The notes beneath the pieces were generated by a model. The model saw nothing but the letters and a program-made list of their open reading frames with translations. It was not told the origin of the DNA and did not search any database. From Bdellovibrionales bacterium (GTDB lineage: Bacteria; Bdellovibrionota; Bdellovibrionia; Bdellovibrionales; UBA840): a stretch of DNA of 64,000 nucleotides. Below, piece by piece: positions 46,188 to 54,880 of this stretch (positions within the stretch are counted from its first letter, which is position 1; the number at the start of each line of letters is the position of its first letter). The stretch lies in contig JBGCGH010000034.1 of NCBI GenBank assembly GCA_045110695.1, forward strand, positions 6,233 to 70,232, in the 5' to 3' direction. The position numbers were made by a program, and so were the translations under genes.

Positions 46188-47782
46188 AGGCCCTCCATAT
46201 AATCCACTCTTACAGACTCTGATAATTTTCTTTTTACTCTAAATAAGTTATTCATTTGAAACAGGATCTCTTTAGCCATATGATTGGCCTCTTCCCCTTT
46301 ATTTTTATTTAAAAGGCTCTGAAAACGACCTGCATAGGACTCTACCTGAAGATCTTCTGGTAAACCGCTTACCCAGGAATCAATGCTACCCAAAATTTCA
46401 TTTGAATCTTGTTGAACGATTTTAGATCTACTTATCTTGTTACTAAATTCTTGGGCTTCAATTTCACCGCCCAAAAGGTAAGATTCTAGTTTTTCTAAGC
46501 AGGCCTTCACGTCGAGCCCAAGTATATCTATGTTTTTTCTGAATAACTCTCGAAGTCCAAGACATTCCTCATCGAAGGCTTGCCATTCATCGTCAAGATC
46601 AGAATTTAAAACGATATTCCAAGCGGACTGTTCGATTAAATCTGCCAAAGACTCTTGGATATAATTTCTCCCCAGTCGGATACTTGTCCAGATCCCATCC
46701 TCACGAACCTCTGTTTTTGCAAAATGTATTGATTCATACTCTTCTGCTAGATGTAGTACGGAATTAAAATCTCTAATTTCCATATGATGCATAGATGCTG
46801 CAACTACCTCTGAAGGTATTTCTTCCTGGCATATAAAACTTTTCTGAGTACAAGCCAAGCTATGAGAACATGGACCGCAGATCGTAAGCGGCTGAAGAAC
46901 AAGGTTTCGAGGACCATAGGCACCCGTCCATCTAAAATTACTACTACCCAAACTCACTTCCACTACGGGAGTGTTGGTCCCTATGGCTAAATATTTAATA
47001 CTAGTATCAACAGTTAAAAATAGTTTAGACCTAGAAATCAAATCTCGCGCTTCAAGAAGAGAGCAGGCCACCACAGAGATATTAACGCCACGTTTTCTTA
47101 AGGGCTCTACTATTAAATCAGTACTTACCAATTCATTGGGAGCACATAAAACCTTCACCTCCGTATTATTTGCCATCAATGAATACATTGAAAAGATAGA
47201 ACGCCACTGCTCATTAGAAAAAGTCTTTTTCTCCTCAGCGGTGTTGATCTGGGCACAGACAAAGTTTTCAGATTCTACAGTAGATATCTCTGTATTGTAG
47301 TCATCTAGTCCAATACTTTTAGCAAATATATCAATAAGATGGAAACTGGAGCTCGTTGGCATTTCGGCTCTATCATCCAGGTAAGTTAACCATGGGCTAT
47401 TAAAATTATTTGCGCCAAGACTTGAAGCACCCACCGTAACACACTCATTTGTATCAAAACATTCGAGGAGCAGGCTGGAAAGTTTGTTGTGTGTGAGATT
47501 ACAGATATTGGTATAATTACTTTCGTCAATATTCCTAACTAGTTCCTGAACCATATCAAAAGAACGAAGAATATGAGTATCTATACTCTGCATATTTTCC
47601 TGAATAGCAGATCTATCTAAATAGTGGAAATTGTCTACCTCAGTTAGGTAGCTCTCAACAAAAGCAAACTCTTTATTAATTAAAAGATCGACCTTTGCTC
47701 CTCTTTGTTTCAAGTTCTTAATAACCGGATGCAATAGAAGAATATCGCCCAATCTCATAAGGGAAACTAACAAATAATTCAC
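46184..47782 (-). CDS. GT9-like protein with degenerate donor-site motif, four-Cys cluster and ~190-aa C-terminal extension
   Basis: N-terminus LLVSLMRLGDILLLHPVIKNLKQ. The D-S-G-x-x-H position reads VDTSIKYLA. Cys cluster CGPCSHSLACTQKSFIC. Confidence 0.6.
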   Translation of the reverse strand: MNYLLVSLMRLGDILLLHPVIKNLKQRGAKVDLLINKEFAFVESYLTEVDNFHYLDRSAIQENMQSIDTHILRSFDMVQELVRNIDESNYTNICNLTHNKLSSLLLECFDTNECVTVGASSLGANNFNSPWLTYLDDRAEMPTSSSFHLIDIFAKSIGLDDYNTEISTVESENFVCAQINTAEEKKTFSNEQWRSIFSMYSLMANNTEVKVLCAPNELVSTDLIVEPLRKRGVNISVVACSLLEARDLISRSKLFLTVDTSIKYLAIGTNTPVVEVSLGSSNFRWTGAYGPRNLVLQPLTICGPCSHSLACTQKSFICQEEIPSEVVAASMHHMEIRDFNSVLHLAEEYESIHFAKTEVREDGIWTSIRLGRNYIQESLADLIEQSAWNIVLNSDLDDEWQAFDEECLGLRELFRKNIDILGLDVKACLEKLESYLLGGEIEAQEFSNKISRSKIVQQDSNEILGSIDSWVSGLPEDLQVESYAGRFQSLLNKNKGEEANHMAKEILFQMNNLFRVKRKLSESVRVDYMEGL

Positions 47783-48399
47783 TTCACAACCTCACTTATC
47801 AGGTGAAAAATAGTTTTCATTTTTTCATTTTTCTTAATGGCAATATTTTTTAAGCCCCGCTCAACGATATAACTCTCATTCGCTCCCACAGACATGAGAG
47901 CTGATCCTAAATCTACGTCGGAAAGATCTTCGTTAAATCGATTTTTCATTAAAGACTTAAAAGCCGCTGGAGTTCTAGCTGTTAGACTGGCAATCGCTTT
48001 ATTATAGAATTTGCTGTTTTCAGAAACACTAATGTTATGCTCAATGATTTGCACATTATTCAAATCATAAAATCTCTCCACAAGATCTGACCTAAGAATA
48101 TTTTCGATACTTGTGTAAACTCTAATCGGCTTATTTTTCAATTTTATTTTGGATGCTATTTGAAATTCTGCTTCAATAACTACAATCTCTGTTTTTGGAT
48201 ATCTAAGACAAAGCTCATCAATATGATATCCTCCCGCTAAACCTAGCACGACAATCAATTTTGTATCTGAATGAATAACTTGTCTGCCCACCCAAGTTTT
48301 AGCTTCTTTAATGGGATTTCTAACTGAGCAAAGTCTACGATTCCCCTTTTTAGGAACTAAACCAAATTCACTAGTTTCAAAGCTAATAGTACTATTCAT
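47779..48399 (-). CDS. hypothetical protein resembling the N-terminal domain of Maf (motility accessory factor) flagellin glycosyltransferases
   Basis: RLCSVRNPIKEAKTWV...KLIVVLGLAGGYHIDELCLRYPKTEIVVIE resembles the (S-x-Y-D-P-x-x-E-A ... G-x-G-x-G-Y-H) N-terminal pattern I recall from Maf/DUF115 proteins. No DUF115 catalytic part. ATGA overlap with the downstream gene. Confidence 0.4.
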   Translation of the reverse strand: MNSTISFETSEFGLVPKKGNRRLCSVRNPIKEAKTWVGRQVIHSDTKLIVVLGLAGGYHIDELCLRYPKTEIVVIEAEFQIASKIKLKNKPIRVYTSIENILRSDLVERFYDLNNVQIIEHNISVSENSKFYNKAIASLTARTPAAFKSLMKNRFNEDLSDVDLGSALMSVGANESYIVERGLKNIAIKKNEKMKTIFHLISEVVK

Positions 48400-49315
48400 A
48401 GTCTTCCATTACTCCAAGAAGTTTGATAGCGTCTGCGTTCTGAGGATTAAAAGCCAAGATCTTATTTGTTTCAAATTTACTTTCATCTCTAAAACCGGCT
48501 TGATAATAAAGACCAGCTAGTAGCACGTTTATATCTTCATTGTACTCCGACTGTTCATTAAAATTTTCAATAGCCTCAATTGCATATGAGTAACTAAAGT
48601 CTTTTAACGCCCAGTTGGCCAGCATCTTTATTGCGTTCTCTTGCATTGGATTTATGTCGAGAGCCTTCTTTATATTTGCTATAGCCATATCACCATCTCC
48701 ACTTTGTCGATTTACCATAGCTAGTCCGATATAGGCTTTTTCCGTTTCTGCATTGAGATCAATGGCTTGCTGAAAACTCTTCTTTGCCTCTGAAAACTTG
48801 GATTGCAAAAAGTAGAGAGATCCATAATTTGTAGCAAGCATTGCGGACTTAGAATAGATTCTATGAGCCTTATTATAGAAATCTTCAGCCTGCTCAAAGT
48901 CTCCTTCATGACAGGCAATATTTCCTAAATTTTTAAACAGATCGAAAAGTAAAACGTAATCTTCTTTTTGATCACAAATAGCCTTCGTATAAAACCGCTT
49001 TGCCTCTATATAGTTTCTAATTTCGTAGTAGAAGTTTCCAGATTCAACATAGTTTTCAAAGCCTGGGAATTTCTTACATAATTGAGAATATGCAACTGAG
49101 GCATTTGCACGCTCACCCACTTGGCTAAGACATCTGGCTAAGTTCTTAAGAGAACTTTCTGACTGAGCGTTTTCTCCGTGTAAACGAATGGCAAGACTGG
49201 TAGCTAGTCTCCACTCTTGATTTGCCATCAAAAGATTTAACGAGCTTTGATAAATATCCTCTTCCTGAGACTGGACTAGTTCTCCGTCCAGCGGAGTTAT
49301 TTCATGTAATTCCAT
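48392..49315 (-). CDS. TPR-repeat protein, first gene of the sigma-54 operon
   Basis: Seven or eight 34-residue A/Y/F-patterned repeats (e.g. AEDFYNKAHRIYSKSAMLATNYGSLYFLQSKFSEAKKSFQQAIDLN). GAGGAG 5 nt upstream of the ATG. Confidence 0.75.
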   Translation of the reverse strand: MELHEITPLDGELVQSQEEDIYQSSLNLLMANQEWRLATSLAIRLHGENAQSESSLKNLARCLSQVGERANASVAYSQLCKKFPGFENYVESGNFYYEIRNYIEAKRFYTKAICDQKEDYVLLFDLFKNLGNIACHEGDFEQAEDFYNKAHRIYSKSAMLATNYGSLYFLQSKFSEAKKSFQQAIDLNAETEKAYIGLAMVNRQSGDGDMAIANIKKALDINPMQENAIKMLANWALKDFSYSYAIEAIENFNEQSEYNEDINVLLAGLYYQAGFRDESKFETNKILAFNPQNADAIKLLGVMEDYE

Positions 49316-49339
49316 TTACACTCCTCTATCTACAGATGT

Positions 49340-49355
49340 AGCAAACTCGGTGCCA
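49340..49355 (-). promoter_or_regulatory. sigma-54 (RpoN) -24/-12 promoter
   Basis: Minus strand reads TGGCAC-CGAGT-TTGCT, a perfect match to TGGCAC-N5-TTGCW. The -12 element lies about 25 nt upstream of the TPR gene ATG. Confidence 0.7.
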
Positions 49356-49458
49356 TTTTCTAATCCAAGGAGTTTATCATCTCAGTATTTTTGGCAAAGC
49401 CTTGACCGTTTTTATATTGATAGCGCCAAAATTATGACGCCAATTAATTCAAGTCTTA

Positions 49459-49878
49459 TTAAGCTTCCTGCTGGAAAGAAACTTTTCTTTTACCAGACTT
49501 GTAAGCACCTACTGCTTTCTTATTCTTTTTCGAAGACATAAGTTCTTGCATGACACTATTTTTCTCTGTTTCGATGAGACTTAAAATCTCTAGATCCTGA
49601 TCAAGTATTTTTTCGATAACTTCGTCTTTATAAGTAAGTATCTCAGCAACCTGATTTTCAAGTGCCTGTATAGCGGCAACTTCAGTTTGTTTGATTTCTA
49701 TATCTATTCTTTCATCCAAAGCATGTATAACCTCTAGAATAGCAGACCTTGTTTCATAAAAAGCATCGATTGAATCGAAATTGTTTTCAGCAAACAACTC
49801 AATCTCTCTAGCATTTAACTTAAAGTAGCGGTCTAAATAGTTATTTCTTTCGTTCATAAATTCTACTAGTCGTTCCAT
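49459..49878 (-). CDS. hypothetical helical protein downstream of fliS (FlgN/FliT-like chaperone candidate)
   Basis: 139-aa all-helical acidic protein, 19 nt after the fliS stop. Assignment rests on position and composition only. Confidence 0.35.
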   Translation of the reverse strand: MERLVEFMNERNNYLDRYFKLNAREIELFAENNFDSIDAFYETRSAILEVIHALDERIDIEIKQTEVAAIQALENQVAEILTYKDEVIEKILDQDLEILSLIETEKNSVMQELMSSKKNKKAVGAYKSGKRKVSFQQEA

Positions 49879-49897
49879 ATTCTCTCCAATAGGGGTG

Positions 49898-50329
49898 TTA
49901 GCCTACGCTTTGTTTCTCGTCTGTTGCTTTGCCTTGTTTCTCTTTTTTCAATTGTTCTACGGCCTGAATCCAGCCATCGTTCAAAGTTTGAAGAATTTTT
50001 AAAGCATTATCTAAATTCGCTCTATCTCCAGAGATATTGGCCTGTGTAAATTGATCAGTAATGTACATATAGAGTTGCTCTAATTGTTCCGATAGCTCTC
50101 CACCCACATTGTGATCCAAAGTATTATTGAGTTCTAAGACAATATCGTACGCTCGACCAATATTGGTTCCCCGCTCGGCGATATCACCTTTTTCCACAGC
50201 AAGTATAGCCCGCTTAGTGAACTTGATAGCTCCTTCATAAAGTAGCAGTAGGATCTTTTCCCTACTCGCACTTTGTATGGACGTATCTTTATACTTTTTA
50301 GACCCATACTTGTTGTAACTCATAACCAC
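49898..50329 (-). CDS. fliS: flagellar export chaperone FliS
   Basis: IQSASREKILLLLYEGAIKFTKRA...IGRAYDIVLELNNTLD...L..LY.Y pattern. Confidence 0.9.
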   Translation of the reverse strand: MVMSYNKYGSKKYKDTSIQSASREKILLLLYEGAIKFTKRAILAVEKGDIAERGTNIGRAYDIVLELNNTLDHNVGGELSEQLEQLYMYITDQFTQANISGDRANLDNALKILQTLNDGWIQAVEQLKKEKQGKATDEKQSVG

Positions 50330-50374
50330 TCCTTCGTTTCTCTTATTTTCTTTTCAATATTTACTCGTCAGGAA

Positions 50375-51727
50375 TTATCCCCCACCACCTAAAGCACCCA
50401 TCATTGCTCCCTGTGATTGAATTCCAGACATTTTCTCTTCTAAATTTGCAAACTTACGTCGAAGTCCCTGCTCTTTTTGCGCAAGACGACGCTCTAGGCT
50501 TTCCACCCTTCTATCCATTTGATCGATTTGATTTTGTAAACCTCTTCTTCGGTTACCAATCGGACCAAAGGTATTGTCCATCATAGTGCGTATCGTGTTC
50601 TTTAATTTTGGTATAAACCCTGTGTTAAAGCCATCTCCGGCTAAAAATGTCTGGAGCTGTTCAGGGTTTTGCTTTAGCTTTGTGTTAAATTTGTCCTCGT
50701 TAAACTCCAAGGTACCTTGTCTAGTAAAAGTAATTCCAACTTCATTCAGTAGACTAATACTACTTCCAGTTCCATATACAGGAGCCTGTAATAGTTGACG
50801 AAACCTTTGCTCCACGGTTCTAAGAAGCACATCCCCTCCTAGATTTGCCGTGGTATCTGATTCTGAGTTCAAAGTATTTTGCTTTTGAATGAAGCCTAAA
50901 ACATCGTTTACACTTCCAACAAATTCTTTAATCTTACCGCTTACAGACTCAACATCTTCTTTAACGTTAATATTAATTTGTTTTCCAGGAGAGGCTTGCT
51001 TCAATTCTATTGTCACACCTGGAATGAGTTCTTCTAAAATATTTCCGGGAACATTCACCTCGAAGCCATCTATTTTAACAATACCGTTTTTAGCCTCTCG
51101 CTGTTGATCAAAATAAATGTCCTGGTCTCCATCTAGGAAATATAAGGTTGGATAATCCATCCCGTTTTTATCACCGACTTTTTTACTAGATAGCATCAAT
51201 CGAAATGGTGCATCAGGATCGGTCTGATCTGTAATTATAGTAGCCTGTAGACCGACGCCGGCCCTATTGATGGACTCAGCAGCTCCTTGAAGAGTGGAAT
51301 TAGCTCCACCAATATAAACTTCTTTTTGGCCATCTGGAGTATCAAACCGAAAATATCCAATACCAATCTCTGTTTCATCTTTGTCAGGAAAACCATTGGT
51401 AATCGCTGCCGCTTTCTCAGCTAATTGAACCACTTCTAAATTCCAGTTACCTCGCACCACTGAATTTGGATCCACCGTACCGGAAACAATTGCGGGATCT
51501 GCTGATTCTAGGCGAATATCTTTAAAACCCCTAGTGCTGGCTAGTTGGCCAATGTTATCCTTCACTTTATTAATTTTTGAATCTAGGTCATTAACGTACT
51601 TAAGCTTACTCTCAACTTTGGTTTTTTTCTGCTGAAGAGTTTGTATAGGTATGCGCTCAGCTTCGATCAGCTGCTCGACTATATTCGGTGGCAATCCGGA
51701 TGCCATTCCACCAAAGGTAATACCCAC
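50375..51727 (-). CDS. fliD: flagellar filament cap protein FliD (HAP2)
   Basis: N-terminus GITFGGMASGLPPNIVEQLIEAERIPIQTLQQKK. C-terminal coiled coil LEKRLAQKEQGLRRKFANLE. GTG start 6 nt after AGGAGG. Confidence 0.9.
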   Translation of the reverse strand: MGITFGGMASGLPPNIVEQLIEAERIPIQTLQQKKTKVESKLKYVNDLDSKINKVKDNIGQLASTRGFKDIRLESADPAIVSGTVDPNSVVRGNWNLEVVQLAEKAAAITNGFPDKDETEIGIGYFRFDTPDGQKEVYIGGANSTLQGAAESINRAGVGLQATIITDQTDPDAPFRLMLSSKKVGDKNGMDYPTLYFLDGDQDIYFDQQREAKNGIVKIDGFEVNVPGNILEELIPGVTIELKQASPGKQININVKEDVESVSGKIKEFVGSVNDVLGFIQKQNTLNSESDTTANLGGDVLLRTVEQRFRQLLQAPVYGTGSSISLLNEVGITFTRQGTLEFNEDKFNTKLKQNPEQLQTFLAGDGFNTGFIPKLKNTIRTMMDNTFGPIGNRRRGLQNQIDQMDRRVESLERRLAQKEQGLRRKFANLEEKMSGIQSQGAMMGALGGGG

Positions 51728-51970
51728 TTCGTCCTCCTGACGACAAATGCACTTCCTGTGCGCATATTTATTATCTCAAAAAAACCTAGAAACAGTGAGT
51801 CAATAATTCGTCAAAATCAATTAACCTGCTTTGGTACAATCTAGGAAGGATTTTCCGTTTTCAATAGGAGCACCTAGAGGGTCTAAAATTTGTTCCCTCA
51901 CGGGAGCCTATTTTATAGATTCTATTTAATAACTCGACCTTCCTCTGTTTCATGGATAAGATCAAAGTCT

Positions 51971-53689
51971 ATGAAAACTATATTTCAACGTCTTTGGCCC
52001 TTAATTAAGCCATACAAATCTACCTTAATATTATTATTGTTTTTAGGTGCGACAGTAAGTGCATTGCGAGGATCTGTACCCGAATTAACAAGAAGACTGT
52101 TCGACTTTTGGCAAGCCGGTGATGCGGACTACAATATTGCACTGCCCGTTGGTATAGCTGTGATCTGGTTGATCAGTAGTATTGTTAAGTTTTATCATAT
52201 GTACATCACTAAGTTTATGTCGGAGAAGATTGGAGTCGTTCTTCGTAAAAATCTGATGGATAAATACTTAGAGCTAGATGTCAATTTTGTATCTTCTGGT
52301 GAAAAGGGCTCTGGCGGCCTAATTGCAAGAGCGACCAACGAAGTGCTCTATATTCAATTTGGAGTTCAAAAACTTAGCGATATCTTAAGGGAACCATTTG
52401 CTAGTAGTTTTATGCTGATCTACCTATTTTTTATTGATTGGAAGCTCACTATTTTTATTTTCGTGACTATACCGATAGTGGGAATCGTATTAAAAAACCT
52501 TGGTGAATCTATTCGGAAGTACTCCACTCGAAGTCTCACGGATCTGGAAGATATTAGTAAGACCATTAAAGAGGGTTTAGATGGCTCAAAAATTGTTAAG
52601 TCCTTCAATCTCCAAGACTTCTTAACGGCTCGCTTTAGTAAAACGGCTGACGAGTTCCTAAGAAACCGAAAAATTGTAGTCCATAGAGAAGAAATTGCTG
52701 GTCCCGTAATCGAAAGCTTAAGTGCTGTAAGCTTATCTATAATTTTGATCTATATCGGATCTCAAATTATGGGTGGAAGCTTGTCGGTGTCTGACTTTAT
52801 GGGCTTTTTCTTTGCTATCGGAATTTTACAAGATTCGGTTAAAAGAATGCAGCAGTCTTACGTGGCCTTGCAACAGGCTTCAGCTGCTATAAAAAGGTAT
52901 GATGATCTATTAAATAGTGAAGTTAAAATACAAGATCCTACACAACCTGTGGATTTTCCAAGCAACTGGGATGAGGTTCATTTTAATAATATCAATTTTA
53001 GTTATAGCGATGAGCGAAAGATCCTAGAGAATTTTGATTTGAAAATTAAAAAAGGACAAACCATCGCTCTTGTTGGAAGCTCCGGAAGTGGTAAGTCCAC
53101 ACTTACAAACTTACTACAGCGTTTTTACGATCCAGACTCAGGCTCCATCGAAATTGGCGGACAAGATATACGCAATTTTAAAATTAAAGATCTAAGACAA
53201 AATATTGGTCTTGTTTCTCAAGATCCTTTTCTTTTTAACGACACAGTAGAGCTAAATATCCAGACCGGCAATTTTGACGCAAGCTCTGAAGACATCCAAC
53301 AAGCGGCAAAGCTTGCTAACGCCCATGATTTTATTATGAGTAAGCCCGATCACTACCAAGCAAGAATGGGAGACGTTGGAACCACTTTCTCTGGCGGAGA
53401 AAAACAAAGAGTCAGCATAGCCAGGGCCATTTTGAAAAACGCTCCCATTTTAATTCTAGATGAAGCCACTAGTGCCCTAGATTCCCAATCAGAAATCGAA
53501 GTGCAAACCGCCCTCGGGAAACTAATGGAAGGGAAAACCGCACTTGTCATCGCACACAGATTATCAACAATTACAGGTGCGGATAGAATACTAGTTATGA
53601 AAGAGGGTAAAATAATAGAAGAAGGTACTCATCAAGAATTACTAGATCTAAACTCCCACTACGCAGATCTCTACAAAAAACAAATATAA
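51971..53689 (+). CDS. ABC transporter, fused permease/ATPase (MsbA-like lipid exporter type)
   Basis: Six-TM exporter domain. Walker A GSSGSGKST, signature FSGGEKQR, Walker B ILILDEATSALD. Start moved to MKTIFQRLWPL. Confidence 0.85.
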   Translation: MKTIFQRLWPLIKPYKSTLILLLFLGATVSALRGSVPELTRRLFDFWQAGDADYNIALPVGIAVIWLISSIVKFYHMYITKFMSEKIGVVLRKNLMDKYLELDVNFVSSGEKGSGGLIARATNEVLYIQFGVQKLSDILREPFASSFMLIYLFFIDWKLTIFIFVTIPIVGIVLKNLGESIRKYSTRSLTDLEDISKTIKEGLDGSKIVKSFNLQDFLTARFSKTADEFLRNRKIVVHREEIAGPVIESLSAVSLSIILIYIGSQIMGGSLSVSDFMGFFFAIGILQDSVKRMQQSYVALQQASAAIKRYDDLLNSEVKIQDPTQPVDFPSNWDEVHFNNINFSYSDERKILENFDLKIKKGQTIALVGSSGSGKSTLTNLLQRFYDPDSGSIEIGGQDIRNFKIKDLRQNIGLVSQDPFLFNDTVELNIQTGNFDASSEDIQQAAKLANAHDFIMSKPDHYQARMGDVGTTFSGGEKQRVSIARAILKNAPILILDEATSALDSQSEIEVQTALGKLMEGKTALVIAHRLSTITGADRILVMKEGKIIEEGTHQELLDLNSHYADLYKKQI

Positions 53690-53698
53690 GGTAAACAT

Positions 53699-54268
53699 AT
53701 GAAAGATTGCTTAATCTACCTTCATGGCTTCAATAGCTCAAACCATTCACCTAAAGCTCAAATAGCAAAAAGTCTATGTGATGATCGAAAAATTAAGGCA
53801 GTAATTCCTCAACTAGCTTACTACCCGCAAAAGGCAATGGATCAAGTGGAAGCAATCATCGATTCTAACAAAGATTTGAACTATCACTTTATTGGATCAT
53901 CTCTTGGTGGTTATATGGCAACTTATCTTGCCAATAAATACCAGCGCCGAGCGGCTTTAATTAATCCTGCGATTGATCCAGCAGCCCATTTTTCAGAATA
54001 TCTTGGAGAACACACCCATGATTATACAAAAGAAAAATTCATTCTAGAGAAGAACCATCTCCAGGAGCTTGAGAACCTAAAAACACCCAGTTTACAAAGT
54101 CCTGAAAATTTTTGGGTTCTCCTAAAATCAGGCGACGAAGTATTGGACTATAGACTTGCGGTAGAAAAATTCAACAACAGCTTTATGACACTTGATATTG
54201 GTGGAGACCACAGCTTTTCCAACTTTGAAGAACATTGCCCTGATATGATAGATTGGCTTTTTCGCTAG
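53699..54268 (+). CDS. yqiA: YqiA-like alpha/beta hydrolase (UPF0227 esterase)
   Basis: LIYLHGFNSSNHSPKA and nucleophile elbow GSSLGG. About 190 aa. Confidence 0.75.
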   Translation: MKDCLIYLHGFNSSNHSPKAQIAKSLCDDRKIKAVIPQLAYYPQKAMDQVEAIIDSNKDLNYHFIGSSLGGYMATYLANKYQRRAALINPAIDPAAHFSEYLGEHTHDYTKEKFILEKNHLQELENLKTPSLQSPENFWVLLKSGDEVLDYRLAVEKFNNSFMTLDIGGDHSFSNFEEHCPDMIDWLFR

Positions 54269-54336
54269 AGAAATAGCTTATCCAAAAGTTTTTCACCAAT
54301 CCTTTTGCAAGTATAATTTGGCTTCACTTTTTAGAT

Positions 54337-54717
54337 TTAGGCAGATTTATTGATCAAAGACCCTCTGCGGTCCTCAGTGTCAGCAACATTGGCTCGCATA
54401 GACCTTACTGCCTCAGCTACGGGAATTTTTCTTACTACTTTTCTTTGCAGATCTCTTATTACGAAGAAATAAACAGTATTAAATTTCTCATAGGCCACTG
54501 TCAGATGATTGGTTTTTACACCGGGATGATTTTTTAGAAACTCTAGTATCTTGGGTACATCTTCCTCATGGAACTCTTGCTCGTTGGGGTTTTGTCCCTG
54601 ATATTGATTTTGTGATGAATCACGGTCCGCACTAGTTTCTAGTGTCTTTTTCTGATCGGTTTTTTGAACACTTACATCAGTTACTAAAATAGGATTACTG
54701 ATTGATTTAACATTCAT
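54337..54717 (-). CDS. flaG: FlaG-like flagellar protein
   Basis: 126 aa. C-terminal LTVAYEKFNTVYFFVIRDLQRKVVRKIPVAEAV fits the FlaG family pattern (...v.D..t.evIR.IP.ee..). Lies downstream of a flagellin gene. Confidence 0.6.
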   Translation of the reverse strand: MNVKSISNPILVTDVSVQKTDQKKTLETSADRDSSQNQYQGQNPNEQEFHEEDVPKILEFLKNHPGVKTNHLTVAYEKFNTVYFFVIRDLQRKVVRKIPVAEAVRSMRANVADTEDRRGSLINKSA

Positions 54718-54726
54718 AACAACTTC

Positions 54727-54754
54727 TTATCGACCTATAAGCCCGTCTACTTTA
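54727..54754 (-). promoter_or_regulatory. sigma-28 (FliA)-type promoter in front of the flaG-like gene
   Basis: Minus strand reads TAAAGTAG-N12-GTCGATAA (consensus TAAAGTTT-N11-GCCGATAA). The -10 element ends 9 nt before the ATG. Confidence 0.6.
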
Positions 54755-54790
54755 CAAGACTAAGGTTCTGATCTTGGTTCAAATTTAAAA

Positions 54791-54822
54791 CAAAAAGCCC
54801 CGAGAGCGACTAAGCTCTCGGG
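54791..54822 (-). terminator. rho-independent terminator of flagellin gene 1
   Basis: CCCGAGAGC / GCTCTCGGG 9-bp stem, 6-nt loop, T5 on the minus strand. Confidence 0.75.
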
Positions 54823-54880
54823 AGGGACGGCGTAGGAAAAGTGGACCTTCTCCAACGAAACCGTATATTCCTATAATTTA

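Noticed and set aside
51747-51765. Sigma-54-like element upstream of fliD (minus strand ATGCGCAC-AGGAA-GTGCAT)
   Set aside because: The spacing is right, but the invariant GG of the -24 box is disrupted (TGCGCAC, not TGGCAC) and -12 is GTGC rather than TTGC. Too weak to call without 5'-end data.
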